The notes beneath the pieces are model-generated. The model ran no database searches, had not been told where the DNA came from, and saw only the letters and a list, made by a program, of their open reading frames with translations. A stretch of 64,000 bases of DNA from Octopus bimaculoides (taxonomy: Eukaryota), in assembly GCF_001194135.2 (NCBI RefSeq), contig NC_068989.1, positions 19,478,286 to 19,542,285 on the forward strand, written 5' to 3'. Shown one piece after another: positions 35,871 to 48,750 of the stretch. How positions within the stretch are numbered: the first letter of the stretch is position 1; the number at the start of each line of letters is the position of its first letter. Both the position numbers and the translations under genes were made by a program.

Positions 35871-38662
35871 GTGATAATGATAATCTACTCATCACAAATC
35901 TTGAATCGTTGGCCCCAAGTGATCAGCAGTTACATCAATCTGATTCGCAATCTGGTTTTGATAGCCTTTCAAATGATAAACAGAATCTCTCTCCTAAGGT
36001 GTCAAATTCTTCTCAGTTGGTGGATTCAGTTGTGGAGAATCAGTCAGATGCAATTGATTCTGGGGAAAGTCAAGATCCTTTGTTGGAAATTAAGAAAATG
36101 AAAGGATTATTAGAGCAATTGATTGCAAAATCTGAAGCTTCAAAAGCTACATCTGATGCTGTAAACACCACTGAAACCACTCCTGTTACACAACAGTCAA
36201 CACCATCAAAAAAATCCTCTTCTGATAGCCAAGATGGGAATACATTCCCTCCAGCTGAGAACAGTGTTTCTTTTCCTGTTAATTCAGAGGCTACTGCTCA
36301 GGTAACCAAAGCAACAAAGAAGAGCATTGCTCAACTGAAATACAAAGGCCACAATATTGCTGGTACAATTCTGAGACCGAAGTCACCCACACGAAACTGT
36401 TCAATTCCAGAAAAAGATAAAACTCACTTTCCTAGTGCTCTAATGCAAATGGATGTAAAAGAGGATGCTGCTACTAAAGTATTGAGGGTACAGAAACATG
36501 AAGTGATCTGTGCTCTAGGTGCACCCGTTTTGTTTCGTTCACATAGTGGAATGTTTGTGTCAAATATTGATTTGACTTACTACTGGTGTAATTTCTGTCC
36601 GTTTAAGACTGATGACAAAAATGAACTTTCCCAACATATTATCAGTCACAGGTTTCACTGTAAACATTGTAGTTACCAGTCTTTTTCACGGGCAGATGTT
36701 ATCAACCACTCATCTAATGTCCATGTGGAGTTCCAGGAAACATCAGTCTCTTTGAAATATTACGCTTTATTGCCTGATTACCTTCAAGTTTGCCTCTTTC
36801 AGTCAGATGATTCATCGGTGGACAGACATTCATCAATGAAAGGAAGTCAGATGAAAAAATCTCGTAATGATTATGATAGCTATCTTCTTTCATATGATGA
36901 TGAGAAAAACAAAACTAGAAAACATAGGAATACAGGAGATAAGATAGAAAATGGACAAGCTCTGATTGTTCATCCAGCTTCTAGTCCCAAAAGGTCATTG
37001 CTCATGGATGAGCCTTCTACTTCTAAAAAGAAGTCCATAGACAGTGACAATTCTAAACATTCAAGAAGTCAGAGAAAGAGGAAGAAGAGAAATAGTGTTG
37101 ATTCAAGTGATGATGATGACGACGATGACGATGATGATGATGTCAGTCTTTCTTCTAGACGATCACTGCGCAAAAATGAAAAATCTGATAAGAAGCAGAA
37201 ATCTACATCCAGTTCAGATTCTTCGAGTTCTGATTCAGATGAGGAAGCACCAAAGAATTTGATGGAAATTTATGAATGCAATTCTTGTGAATTTAAATCC
37301 AAAGAAATGCAAAAAGTTCGAGAACACATGTTCAGAATTCATCCTGGAGGTAAATTCTATTGCATTGATAAAAGAATAAGAAAGAACAAAGCTAAGCGCT
37401 ATATATTTTTTTGCTGCAAAAATAAATGTCCATTCCAGTCAACAGATCCTATTACATATACACAGCATGTTGATCGTTGCACACCACTACCTGTGATTGC
37501 ACCTAATCTAACCAAAACCAGCAAACCAACAGGGTTACAGATGACTGTACAGTTTGCTAAAAAGTGTCTCAAAAAAACCAATAAATCTGATGGTAAGAAA
37601 TCTGGCAAAAAGTCCAAAGTTGAAGAGGATTATGGATGTCATTACTGCAAGTTTGAAACTGATTCTTTAATTTCTGTTAAGAACCATTTGAATATGTCTC
37701 ACGCCAAGAACAGCTTTGTTGTACGAGATTTGAAGGCTGTTGACAGTCTTATGTCGTTCCTTTACTTGTGTAAATATTGTGCTTGGTATAGCAGAGACTA
37801 CAGCAAACTGAAGAATCATATGGACCGAGAACATCGCATTCCAGAGAAGAAGCTGATGGTTGCTACAAATAGTGCCGAAGCCAAAAAGATGGCTGAAGAG
37901 AAGAAAAATAAAGCTCTTGAATTGAGTCATCAAGAATCAAACCTGGCTGATTCAGTCGTAGAAGAATCTGTGGCTCCTGTTAATGCAGACGATATCAGTT
38001 ATCGGTGCTACCGATGTGATTTCTATACAGCTTCTGTTGAAACAATTAAGATTCACTTGACTACAGCTCATCCCAAGTGCAATTTAACAGCATTTACCTG
38101 CAAAGGTGGAAGCTTACGTACTATTCAGTTTTGTCCACAGGCTGACTGTTACTTCATGAGTACATTTAGTAGTGAAATGGAGAGACACAAAATTCTTAAC
38201 CACAACATTCCTGACATGAATGCCTCCGGTAGCAAGAAAGTGTGCTATGTACAGGCCTACAAATGTCTCTCATGCAATAATACCATAGCAACCTCACTTG
38301 AAGATATGAAACTACATTATTTTGAACAACATCCCAATGTGTGCATGATGGTACGAGATTGTGTGGCATTTGATTTGCAGAAACCTTCCCAATTATATCT
38401 CTGTGATTACGGAGATTGCCTTTTTAATGACTTAGACTATAAAAAGTTCCTGTTCCATAATGTGGCTCATGAGGGAGGAATAGTTTATGAATGTGTTCAT
38501 TGCAATGATTGGGTTAGCAAAAACAAAGAAGATTATGATATTCATGTTGCCGCTCTAGGTGACCTGGAACATAATTTAATGGAATCGACAGTTGAAATGG
38601 ATCGCTCTGGAAGCATAACTCGAAGACTAGGTGATGTTGTGGTAAAATTTGAAGAACCATAA
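35871..38662 (+). CDS. Main coding exon of a multi-C2H2 zinc-finger nuclear protein (about 11 dispersed fingers; about 953 aa spliced)
   Basis: Uninterrupted 930-codon frame after a strong T-rich AG acceptor at 35870. Repeated CxxC-x12-HxxxxH fingers, a basic NLS-like RKRKKR, and a Ser/Asp-rich acidic tract. No TGEKP linkers. Confidence 0.92.
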
Positions 38663-39547
38663 TAGACATTACTACTTATGATCATCATGTTTTCTTTGAA
38701 GTGGTTTATTGTATAACACCAATATTTGGTTATGAGGATAAACTATTACATAGATAGCATCACAAATTTATTGGTAATGAACATATCATTATTCTGAATT
38801 TATTATACATACTTCATAAGAAACCACATTTTACTGTTACTAGTCTTTTATAATTCAGACAGATTTATTCAAAACATTTCTACAAATATTTTGTCCTTTG
38901 CAGTATATATACTTCAAAACATGACAACATATTTTGTTTATGGACTGCTGTATATATTTAGTTTTTTTTTTTCCCCCTCTTCATTTTGGTATAAAATGTA
39001 ACACTCACAAAGACATTCCGGTATGATAAATCTAAGAACTCACAACCATACAACACATACACGTGCATAACTCAACCTCTATGTTACTTTCTCTTTTCAT
39101 TTCATGTCTTATTCATTCCTTTTTAGTTTAGTTTATCAGTTTTAAATCCTGCCATTTTGGTGGGAAATGTTACATATATTAGATAATATTCAACTTGACT
39201 TTGTCACTTCTATTGCTTTGAAAGTAAAGTTCTTTCCTGCTATCTCTTGAAATCACCTGTGATGGAACCTCAGCCAATCCTTGATACTGTCTTAAACACT
39301 GGTTGTAATAATGAACTGAGACAATAATATTAATGGATTAATATTTTCTAGGTGTTTTCTAAGTTTCACATCACGAAGATATTACTTCGTGATATGATAT
39401 TTTACTGAACTCAAATTACTGCTTTAAGATATTTCTATTTCTTTAGCCATTCAAATCTATAATTTTTAATAAACAAAATATAGGAACATAATGTAAATAT
39501 GTAACCATTATAACTTTATTTCTCAACCCATCCATGGTGAGTTTTGA

Positions 39548-39553
39548 AATAAA
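39548..39553 (+). terminator. Likely polyadenylation signal of the ZnF gene
   Basis: AATAAA followed about 20-40 nt later by GU/U-rich GTAGTTTTGTTTTCTTTT; a second AATAAA lies at 39468. Confidence 0.5.
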
Positions 39554-39645
39554 ACATTAAATGTTAGAGGTAGTTTTGTTTTCTTTTACTTCATATTGGA
39601 TTTTGCTTATGTTTTCCTGTTGTAATGAATGTTTCAGTCATAGTT

Positions 39646-40030
39646 TAGGCGCAGAAGTGGCTGTGTGGTAAGTAGCTTGCTTACCAACCACATGGTTCCA
39701 GGTTCAGTCCCACTGCGTGGCACCTTGGGCAAGTGTCTTCTGCTATAGCCTCGGGCCGACCAAAGCCTTGTGAGTGGATTTGGTAGACGGAAACTGAAAG
39801 AAGCCCGTCATATATATGTGTTTGTGTGTCTGTGTTTGTCCCCCCAACATCACTTGACAACCGATGCTGGTGTGTTTACATCCCCGTAACTTGCGGTTCG
39901 GCAAAAGAGACCGATAGAATAAGTACTAGGCTTACAAAGAATAAGTCCTGGGGTCGATTTGCTCGACTAAAGGCTGTGCTCCAGCATGGCTGCAGTCAAA
40001 TGACTGAAACAAGTAAAAGAGAGTAGAGAG
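39646..40030 (+). mobile_element. SINE family A, full length
   Basis: Complete head to tail. Confidence 0.95.
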
Positions 40031-40477
40031 TAAAGCATTTATCATATTAAAATAAACTCAGTATCACTTCACTGAGTTATACGGTGATGTTGAATTTTCA
40101 TCAACAACTTGTGTGTGCAATCAGACTAAAATCTATTTTGTGAGCTCTCTCTTTGCATTGTTGCTACCTGTGCACAACAGCAGCATGAAGCACCAACCAC
40201 TGCCACTGTTGCTGCTGCTAATGCTACCAGGTCACCACATCCCACCCTGAAAGTCGGTGTGTCTCTACGTACCATCAAGTTTGTCAGTGTCAGATTTGTT
40301 GATATCTAGTTGATCCTACCAGATTCATGCATGTTTTGAAGCTTAATCTTATAACTTAAACCAGCCTCCAGCATGGTAAGTGAATGTACAATGATGTTGA
40401 TGGTGTAGTTCAAAAAGAAAGAAACTTTGCCTTTTTCTGCTTTTATGGTCTTGTTCAAGCTTTAGGTTTATTTTCCT

Positions 40478-40705
40478 TTAACCCTTTAGCATTTAGATTA
40501 ATTTGTCAGAAGTAATCCTTATTTATTCACATTTAAAAAAATTTATCCGATATTATTTTGCAGCTTCAAGATAGGAAAGATGTAATTGTTTATTTTTAGA
40601 ATGACATTGCAGGGTAGGTGTGAGAAGCTGGTTCTGGCCAATTTGAGCATAAAATGTGTAGAATATTTGGGCCGGATACAGCCGGTTTAAACACTAAAGG
40701 GTTAA
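40478..40705. mobile_element. piggyBac-type MITE family 1 with both TTAA ends
   Basis: TTAA-CCCTTTAG...CTAAAGGG-TTAA. Confidence 0.85.
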
Positions 40706-41043
40706 GAGCTTAATTATTTGAATTGTCAAGAATTATTAGCAGTTGGCGTTATAATATTAAGCCATGCTAATGTTGTAAATCAATGGTAAATTTGTTAGTT
40801 CAAAAACAAGACTGTATTCATCACTGCTACAAGAGTGGATAGAAATAATACATTCAACCAATGCTAGGATTGTTGGTCATACTTGAGAGTCAGTGTTTCA
40901 TTATTGGCCACTACAATCTCTGCTCAGTTGCAAAAAATCATTGTTTCATTCTACCGGTCACGATGATAGCTCTCTGTGGTGGTTACAACAGTAATACAAG
41001 TTGGACACATTTTGTTTGTCACTACTTGTCACTTTGGTCCTTG

Positions 41044-41922
41044 CACTTGTTGCAGGCCAAAGGAGTTTGGTATTATACTGTTCAATTTTAATGGCTCTGG
41101 ATAAACTGGCAATACAATTTCAGAGTCTAGAATTAAATACCCTTTGTGCAACAAATCCATCCTAAATGTCGACTGCCTCTAAATGCTCGCTGTGATGGAA
41201 ACGGAGTCAGAATTTCATTCAACGAATAAATACTCTGACAAAAGCGATGGAAAGGAAATATTAAACATAAATGATTAAATTCAATGAAATATTTGTTTTA
41301 CTGGTGAGCTGATTTATTGCAGTCCAAACCACACTGGCATGGGAAAATGAAACATTAACTCTTTAGCATTCAAATTACTCTGTTAAATGTAATGCTTATT
41401 TATTCACATTGTTTTGAATTATTCATTCTTTACTTTTGAGATTTTGAAGATGTTAATTTTTTAAATGACATTGTTAGGTGTGTCTGAGAGGCTGGATCTG
41501 GCCAGTATGAACATAAATTCAGTAGAATATTTGGGTTTGATATGGCCAGTTTAAATGCCGATGTTGATTCAGCATTTAATAGTTATGAGAACGAGGTCTT
41601 ATGCTTGGGGCTCTTATATTTCAACAAACAGTAAAGATGAAGCTGGTTGCCTAGTTCATAGGCAATCTACAATTAGGATTGACTTGTGGCACGACTAGTT
41701 AATGACTTGTAGGGACACAGCATTTCATTATGCAACCATAATGTACTACAAAGTATATTAAACGATTTTATAAGTCAATACTGTGTACTACTGTGTTATG
41801 GTCATGTAAAGATGATTTTAACAAGACTAGTTAATTCTAGTCTTTGTAATTGTACTGCCAGTTTATCCAGAGACATTAAAATCTAAGGGTATAACATACT
41901 CCTTGATTTGCAACAAGTGTAA
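41044..41922. mobile_element. Old TIR element (about 90-bp imperfect inverted repeats) with a nested MITE at about 41355-41565
   Basis: TTTTAATGGCTCTGGATAAACTGGCAATACAATT (41085 onward) is the near reverse complement of AATTGTACTGCCAGTTTATCCAGAGACATTAAAA (about 41849-41882); the match extends outward to CACTTGTTGCA / TGCAACAAGTG. Confidence 0.65.
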
Positions 41923-41955
41923 ATTAATGTAATATAAAACTAGAAGTGATAATGG

Positions 41956-42377
41956 TGTAGGGAAGTGGTTATACACCATTAGGTGTACACCGCTTCCGTA
42001 CATTAAATTTCTAGAAGAAACAACGGAACGCAGATTCTGAACAACATAACAATATTTATTTACAGTGGAATTCAGTTCACGCTTGGAGGGAATTCGGTAG
42101 CTCGTCGCCCTCGGTTACTGAGACACCTTCTGAATGATTTCCGCGGTTATTTGTGAAGCTCTGGTGCTGACATGTGAGAGAGCTCTGTTGGACATCTTGG
42201 CTCGACGGAGATCAGTCAACGAAGAGACTGAGAAAAGGCGCCAAAGCTGGGTGTCGAACTCTACGCATGCGCATGAAACTCTTCCTGTATTCCTTCCGGA
42301 ACTAGTCCCTGCGCATGCATGGATAAAACTCCGGACATTGAACATATAACAGTCGTCTGCTATAAGGTGTCACTACA
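41956..42377 (-). mobile_element. Solo LTR (probably Gypsy-type), young
   Basis: Termini TGTAG...CTACA; 4-bp TSD ATGG at 41952-41955 and 42378-42381; AATAAA on the - strand at 42055-42060; CpG-rich. Confidence 0.8.
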
Positions 42378-43079
42378 ATGGTATTATGAAACATGAGTTC
42401 AGTAGAAGGATAGACAATAATGCCCTATTTATTTATATAATATATTTTTCCAGATTTTTAGAACTAAATGTTACCTATTTTTTCCCCAGTCAGGTGAACT
42501 GCTATATTCAGAACATGGTTGAAAGACCTTTGTTCATGGAGTTTGTTATGAGATGATTAGGTTTCATTGCTGCTGATGTTTGGGTGCAGAAGTTTATGGA
42601 AGGAATGACAAGTGGTATCTGTGTAGTACTGGTCGTTGCTAGGAGTGAAGTCATGTAATTCAATATATAGCTGAGGAACAAAACTGATCCTGGGCAGACC
42701 AAAGTCAGTGTGGATCATACAGGACTCTGTTAGTACTTCCTGTCACATCACACCTCAGTGGTCTGACAGGAAGCCACCGATCCAAGAGAGATATATGGAG
42801 CCCATTAGGGGTCAGTTTTGCCAGTAGATTTGTATGTTACATATGGTCAAAAGTTTTGCTGATATGAAGGACAAAGCACTTATACCAAATAATGAGTGAC
42901 AGGATGATAGGGCTCTCATAGATATAGCTTATGAAAGCCACATTGGTTGTCATTTTAGAGAGATAGAGATTCAAGCTACTGGATAGGGTTTTTAATGGCT
43001 ATTGATATTACCTATGAGTGTGAGAGAACAATAGTTGGCAGGGTCAGAAGGATTACCTTCCTTAGAATATATTTATATA

Positions 43080-43350
43080 GTGCCGGCGAACTGGCTCCTG
43101 TGCAGGTGGCACGTAAAATACACCATTTTGAGCGTGGCTGTTGCCAGTACCGCCTGACTTGCCTTCGTGCCGGTGGCACGTAAAAGCACCCACTACACTC
43201 TCGGAGTGGTTGGTGTTAGGAAGGGCATCCAGCTGTAGAAACTCTGCCAAATCAGATTGGAGCCTGGTGTAGCCATCTGGTTTCACCAGTCCTCAGTCAA
43301 ATCGTCCAACCCATGCTAGCATGGAAAACGGACGTTAAATGACAATGATG
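43080..43350 (+). mobile_element. RTE 3' UTR and terminal unit
   Basis: Matches the RTE 3' ends. Confidence 0.85.
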
Positions 43351-44644
43351 AGTGTGGTGGGTAGAGGCTGACCAATTTTAAACTATTTGCGAGATAATAA
43401 TTACAATTATTTCAAATTTTGGCACAAGGCCAGTATTTTGGTGGGTGGGTTGTTGATTACAATGACTTCAGTACTTGACTGGTATTTATATTTCATTGAT
43501 CCAGAAAAGATTAAAGGCAAAGATGACCTCAATGGGATTTGAACTCAGCATGTGGCAAGCTGGAGCAAACATTGCAAAGCATTCCTTTTCTTCTAATGCT
43601 TTAATGATTCTTATAGCTCACTGCCTTAGTTATAATAATAATCAGGACTATAAAAGACACCCCTATAGTATTCAATATATAAATATAAATCTGTTGGACC
43701 AAAAAAAAAAAAATTGAATGGGGGGGGGGGACCACAAGCTGCTTTTAATGTCAGTTTTTCATATTAGGTTTGAGTATATTTGAATGAAAAATAAGTCATT
43801 TTTAAAACAAATTTCCTCATCTCAAACTATATTTTTATCCTTTTGTATCGATAGAGTTATACATTTTTCAAATCTTATAATTTCTTAACACATTTCAATA
43901 AGACTATATTAAATTTGTAAGTAATATTTCAAAGAAAACTACCCATTTTAAAATTTCGAAACCTCTCTTAGATATTTCTTTCTGTATAAAATTTTGCTTC
44001 CACAATTCACAATCAACAGGAATATTAATCAATAAGTATTAATAAGACTATTATTACAGCCTGCAATTGCCACATAGAAATAATATAAGCAAGCCATTAG
44101 CAGTAGACTTCGTTGAACCCATGTATAAGCATTTTCATAATTGTTCTGATAACTTTATAAAATGCTAGTTTTATAGGAAATATTATGTAAAGTTTTCTAG
44201 TGTAAGAAGCATGCACAGTCCTGAATCTTCTTTGGAAAGATAAACAATCAATAACTGACAGTGGTACAATGTTTCAAATCGCTTATATAACTATTAATTT
44301 TTTTATTTAATCCAGATCAGGCTGATGGCTTTGTGGAAAAAACATCAAATGAGATTGATAGAGGTTTTGTGGGATGTAATTTGTACAGAGCTATAATCCT
44401 GCTGTTAAAATTGATTAGTTATTATGCTCACTAGGAAGAGGTGGGGTGGATCATATTTGTTGTACTAAAATACTCACAAAGGCATTGCAGTATGGTTAAG
44501 AAGTTTGCTTTGAAACTGATTTCAAATACAGTGCCATTTGCATGGCACTTTGGGCAAGTGTCTTTTACTGTAGCTTCAAGCTGACCAAAGACTTGTGAAT
44601 TAATTTTGTTGTTGACAGAAACCATTTCAAAACCTTATATATAT

Positions 44645-44840
44645 ACTCCTTTATTTGTTTCAGTCATTTGACTGCGGCCATGCTGGAGCACAGCCTTTAG
44701 TCGAGCAAATTGACCCCAGGACTTATTCTTTGTAAGCCTAGTACTTACTCTATCAGTCACTTTTTTGCCGAACTGCTAAGTTACGGGGACGTAAACACAC
44801 CAACATCGGTTGTCAAGCGATGGTGGGGGGACAAACACAC

Positions 44841-44871
<31 letters not shown>

Positions 44872-45038
44872 CATACAATGGGCTTCTTTCAGTTTCCGTC
44901 TACCAAATCCACTCACAAGGCTTTGGTTGGCCCGAGGCTATAGTAGAAGACACTTGCCCAAGGTGCCACACAGTGGGACTGAACCTGGAACCATGTGGAT
45001 CGTAAGCATGCTACTTACCACACAGCCACTCCTACACC

Positions 45039-45040
<2 letters not shown>
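44645..45040 (-). mobile_element. SINE family A, full length
   Basis: Complete reverse copy. Confidence 0.95.
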
Positions 45041-45071
<31 letters not shown>

Positions 45072-47396
45072 AATGTTTACTTTCCATGCTTACATGGGTT
45101 GAATTGAGTTTATTGATGCAGATTTTCTAAGGCTAGACAGCCTTCCTGTCACTCACCCTCACCCGTTTCCAAGAAAGGCAATATTTCCCCATAGTCAGAC
45201 ACGTTTACACAGAATATTGAAAATGAGTGACACTGCCTGCATGACTTACGACTATCACGTAATAAAATAAAAACACTCATACACATATGATGGGCTTCTT
45301 TCAGTTTCTCTCACAAGACTTTGGTTGGCTTGATGCTGACCAAAATAGAAAACACTTGTACAAGGTGCCACACAGTAGGACTGAAATCAAAACCATGTGG
45401 TTGGGAAGCAAATTTTTCAACCGTGCACTTGAATGGTCTTCGTGTAAGGTAATGTAATTGAAGAAATACATGAAAGTAAAAATAAAACCATTTATCATTC
45501 AAGTTAATTCATTAAAAGAAAACAATAAAACCTGAAGTTTCTTGTTTACATAAATAAAGAACTGGCATAAATTACACAGAACAAAAAAGCTTGAAATGTT
45601 TTATTAAAAAACAAAATTACATGCTTGACTAAAATTACTATTGCATTGAGTTTCAGTCAAATTATAAAGTACTTATGAGATCATACTACAAATGCTTGCA
45701 AGATAGAGATCATCTATATTTTGCAGTAGGCTTTATGGTATATTCTTGAGCAAGACATTTTATTCCATTTTTCTCCAAATATATAACTTGCAGGGAAAAA
45801 GAAAAATCCTACTTCTCACTACACGTCTAGTATGTTAACTTGCAACAGACTAGCATCCTGTTCACATTTGTTTGTTTCATTTTTATTTTATTTTATTTTA
45901 TTTTATATTACAATTGGTAGATAATAGTATTGTTGGTTACAGGTTTTCAATGTACTTGTCACTGGTTCACTGTATTTCCAATTGTGAAAGTAACAAGGGA
46001 GTGTCTTTATAATTTATGGCAGAACAAATATCACAACTTTATTCAAAAAGCATTAATTTGTCACTTTTCTTATTGAGATGCATCAGTGGTAGGCATGTAT
46101 ATAATATGTATGAATATATATACACATATATTTATCTATATATAGTATATTTTTGTGCATATATACATGTGTATGTATGTATTCTGTCCAGTTTCTACTT
46201 GCAAAATATTGGTCAATACAAGTCTATGGTAAAAGACACTTGCCTAAGGTGTCACACAGTGGGTTTGAACCTGGATCTTCATGATTGTAACGCAAATATT
46301 TTAACCACACAGCCATGCTGGTATTCATTTAATACCACAAAAGGCATAGCTGAGCTTTAATACTAACCTTATAGCTATCATAGCTTATCAAAAGAAAAAA
46401 AAAAAAATCAAAACATGACATATAAACCTACAATAAAAAATACATATTTAGCAACAGTTTATAACCCTTAATTTGTTGTACAAACTGATCACAAGTGAAT
46501 AGATTGTAATTAATTATTGCTACAGTGGGTATGTCCAAAAAGTTTAATAAGACATATAGGAGGACTCATTGTGGAAGATCATTGATGAATTTTATAAAAA
46601 CTTTAGGGAAAAGCAGCATCTGTAATGCTTTTCAGGACCTCCAAGACTTGTGGAAGGAAGGACGGAAATTATACTCAGACCAGAGTATTTGCCTGAGTGC
46701 TTTTATCAGAGTGTACTCCCCAAGGGCCAAGTGGTGGTGTAAACCATACAACAGATTAAGTCTACCAACCCCAAATGGAGATATCACAGACAGATTGTTG
46801 CAGGAGATGTTATAAATAAAATGGACCTCACAAGTCTATGATAAATGTAAATCATAGAATTATTTCATTGGTGAGGGTGAATGGTTGAGATTGCAAATCT
46901 AGCAGCTAAGAGGAGAAGAAAAAACATCTTCAATAAATTATCAATATGTAACAACACTATATAACACATAATAAATATATTCTGTGTTATACAGTGTTGC
47001 TACTCCATGTGTTTAACTGTAAACAATGTTTGTAATTCCAATCTTCCAGCAATTAAAACCGTGGTACCAACATTAGAATAATTATGGAACCAAGATTAAA
47101 ACACACAGCAAGATTAGAATATTTTTGCAACAAGGCTCTCTGTAGATACATATTTTCTGTTTGTTTTTGTTTTTCCAATATAAAACATCTTACTCATTGC
47201 TAACATGTTTATCAATGTTAGTTATGGGTATGATGGTTCTGCAAATTTAGATATTTATAGGAGATTTTTAAAGGCATGTTTTTCATTTCCTTTTTATCAA
47301 CTAATTTGCTAAAAATATGCATTAAGCCTTACCAATGAGGTTACTTTTTCACAGGTAATCTCTGATCTGCTGCAGGTTAAGGTTAAATGTAGGGAA

Positions 47397-47691
47397 GAGC
47401 ACTCCACAGACACGTGTACCCTTAACGTAGTTCTCGGGGATATTCAGCGTGACACAGAGTGTGACAAGGCTGACCCTTTGAATTACAGGCACAACAGAAA
47501 CAGGAATAAAGAGTGAGAGAAAGTTGCGGTGAAAGAGTACAGCAGGGTTCGCCACCATCCCCTGCCGGAGCCTCATGGGGCTTTAGGTGTTTTCGCTCAA
47601 TAAACACTCACAATGCCCGGTCTGAGAATTGAAACCGCGATCCTATGACCGCGAGTCCGCTGCCCTAACCACTGGGCCATTGCGCCTCCAC
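47397..47691 (-). mobile_element. tRNA-derived SINE family C
   Basis: On the - strand: GGCGCAATGGCCCAGTGGTTAGGGCAGCGGACTCGCGG head (A-box TGGCCCAGTGG) and B-box-like GGTTTCAATTC; the body is unrelated to families A and B; CpG-rich. Confidence 0.8.
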
Positions 47692-47871
47692 GTGGTCCTA
47701 AATACACTATGCCTGAAAAGCAAAAACAGATTACTTGCAGCTGAAAAAACTTCTGGTCATAAGCCTACTTCATCAGGGTTTACTTAGGGTTAAGTAAGAA
47801 CAAGAAAGGTCTAAAATCATGATCTTTCAGATCTGCTATACTAGTTGATACAGTTACTAAAAAATATTTCT

Positions 47872-48079
47872 TCTCTACTCTAGGCACAAGGCCTGAAATT
47901 TTGTGGGAGTGGGCCAGTTGATTAGATCGACCAGTATGCAACTGGTACTTAATTTATCGACCCCGAAAGGATGAAAGGCAAAGTCGACCTCAGCGGAATT
48001 TGAACTCAGACCATAAAGAGAGATGAAATGCCGCTAAGCATTTCGCCCGGCCTGCTAACATTTCTGCCAGCTCGCCACT
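47872..48079 (-). mobile_element. SINE family B, full length with 18-bp TSD
   Basis: TTACTAAAAAATATTTCT is duplicated at 47854-47871 and 48080-48097. Confidence 0.9.
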
Positions 48080-48354
48080 TTACTAAAAAATATTTCTAAC
48101 ATAGTTATGTTACAGGGGAGGAGAAAGATGACTTTTCACAGCAATCACTAAATGAAAGCTATGAGCTATTTATAAGAATCATTATTGAATCAAGGACTTA
48201 ACTAGCTTTCAACTGCTTTGTACTGTACACTTACCAACAAGAACACAAATATTAACAGCACTTCATTTCACCTAATCCTGTGACTATGGAATGAAACAGG
48301 AATTGCACATCCAACAAATCAATATATATATATAGAGAGATATGTAGATACCAT

Positions 48355-48750
48355 CTGGTTTCAGTCAATTGACTGCAACCAAGCTGGGGTACCGCCTTGA
48401 AGGGTTTCAGTGGAATAAATCAACCTCTGGACTTCTCTGTTTAAGCCTAGTTCTTATTCTTTTACTGAACTGCTAAGCTATGGGGACATACACACACCAA
48501 CACCAGTTGTCAAGTGGTGGTGGGGCAACACAAAGACACACACACATAGATTCATACATACACACACACACACACATATATACATATATATGTGACAGGG
48601 TTCTTTCAGTTTCCGTCCACCAAATCCATTCACAAGGCTTTGGTCAGCCTAGGGCTATAGTAGAAGACACTTGTCCAAGGTGTCACGTGGTGGGATTGAA
48701 CCTGGAACCATGTGGTTGGGAAGCAAGCTTTTTTACCACACAGCTATGCC
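48355..48750 (-). mobile_element. SINE family A, diverged
   Basis: Head, core and tail in reverse orientation. Confidence 0.85.

Noticed and set aside
38333-38347. PNVCM as an HP1-binding PxVxL/M motif
   Set aside because: It lies directly after a zinc-ligand His within the repeated linker, so it is probably structural and coincidental.
40181-40375. Exon-like segment with donor ATG|GTAAGT
   Set aside because: It lies downstream of the likely polyA site, has an in-frame stop and shows no recognisable homology.
45585-45605. Minus-strand AATAAA with a U-rich downstream element as the NME6 polyA site
   Set aside because: It is 12.5 kb from the stop, and such motifs are frequent in AT-rich DNA; it cannot be supported without RNA data.
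46520-46830. Possible Tc1-like relic or coding exon
   Set aside because: No diagnostic transposase motif or splice-compatible frame was found.
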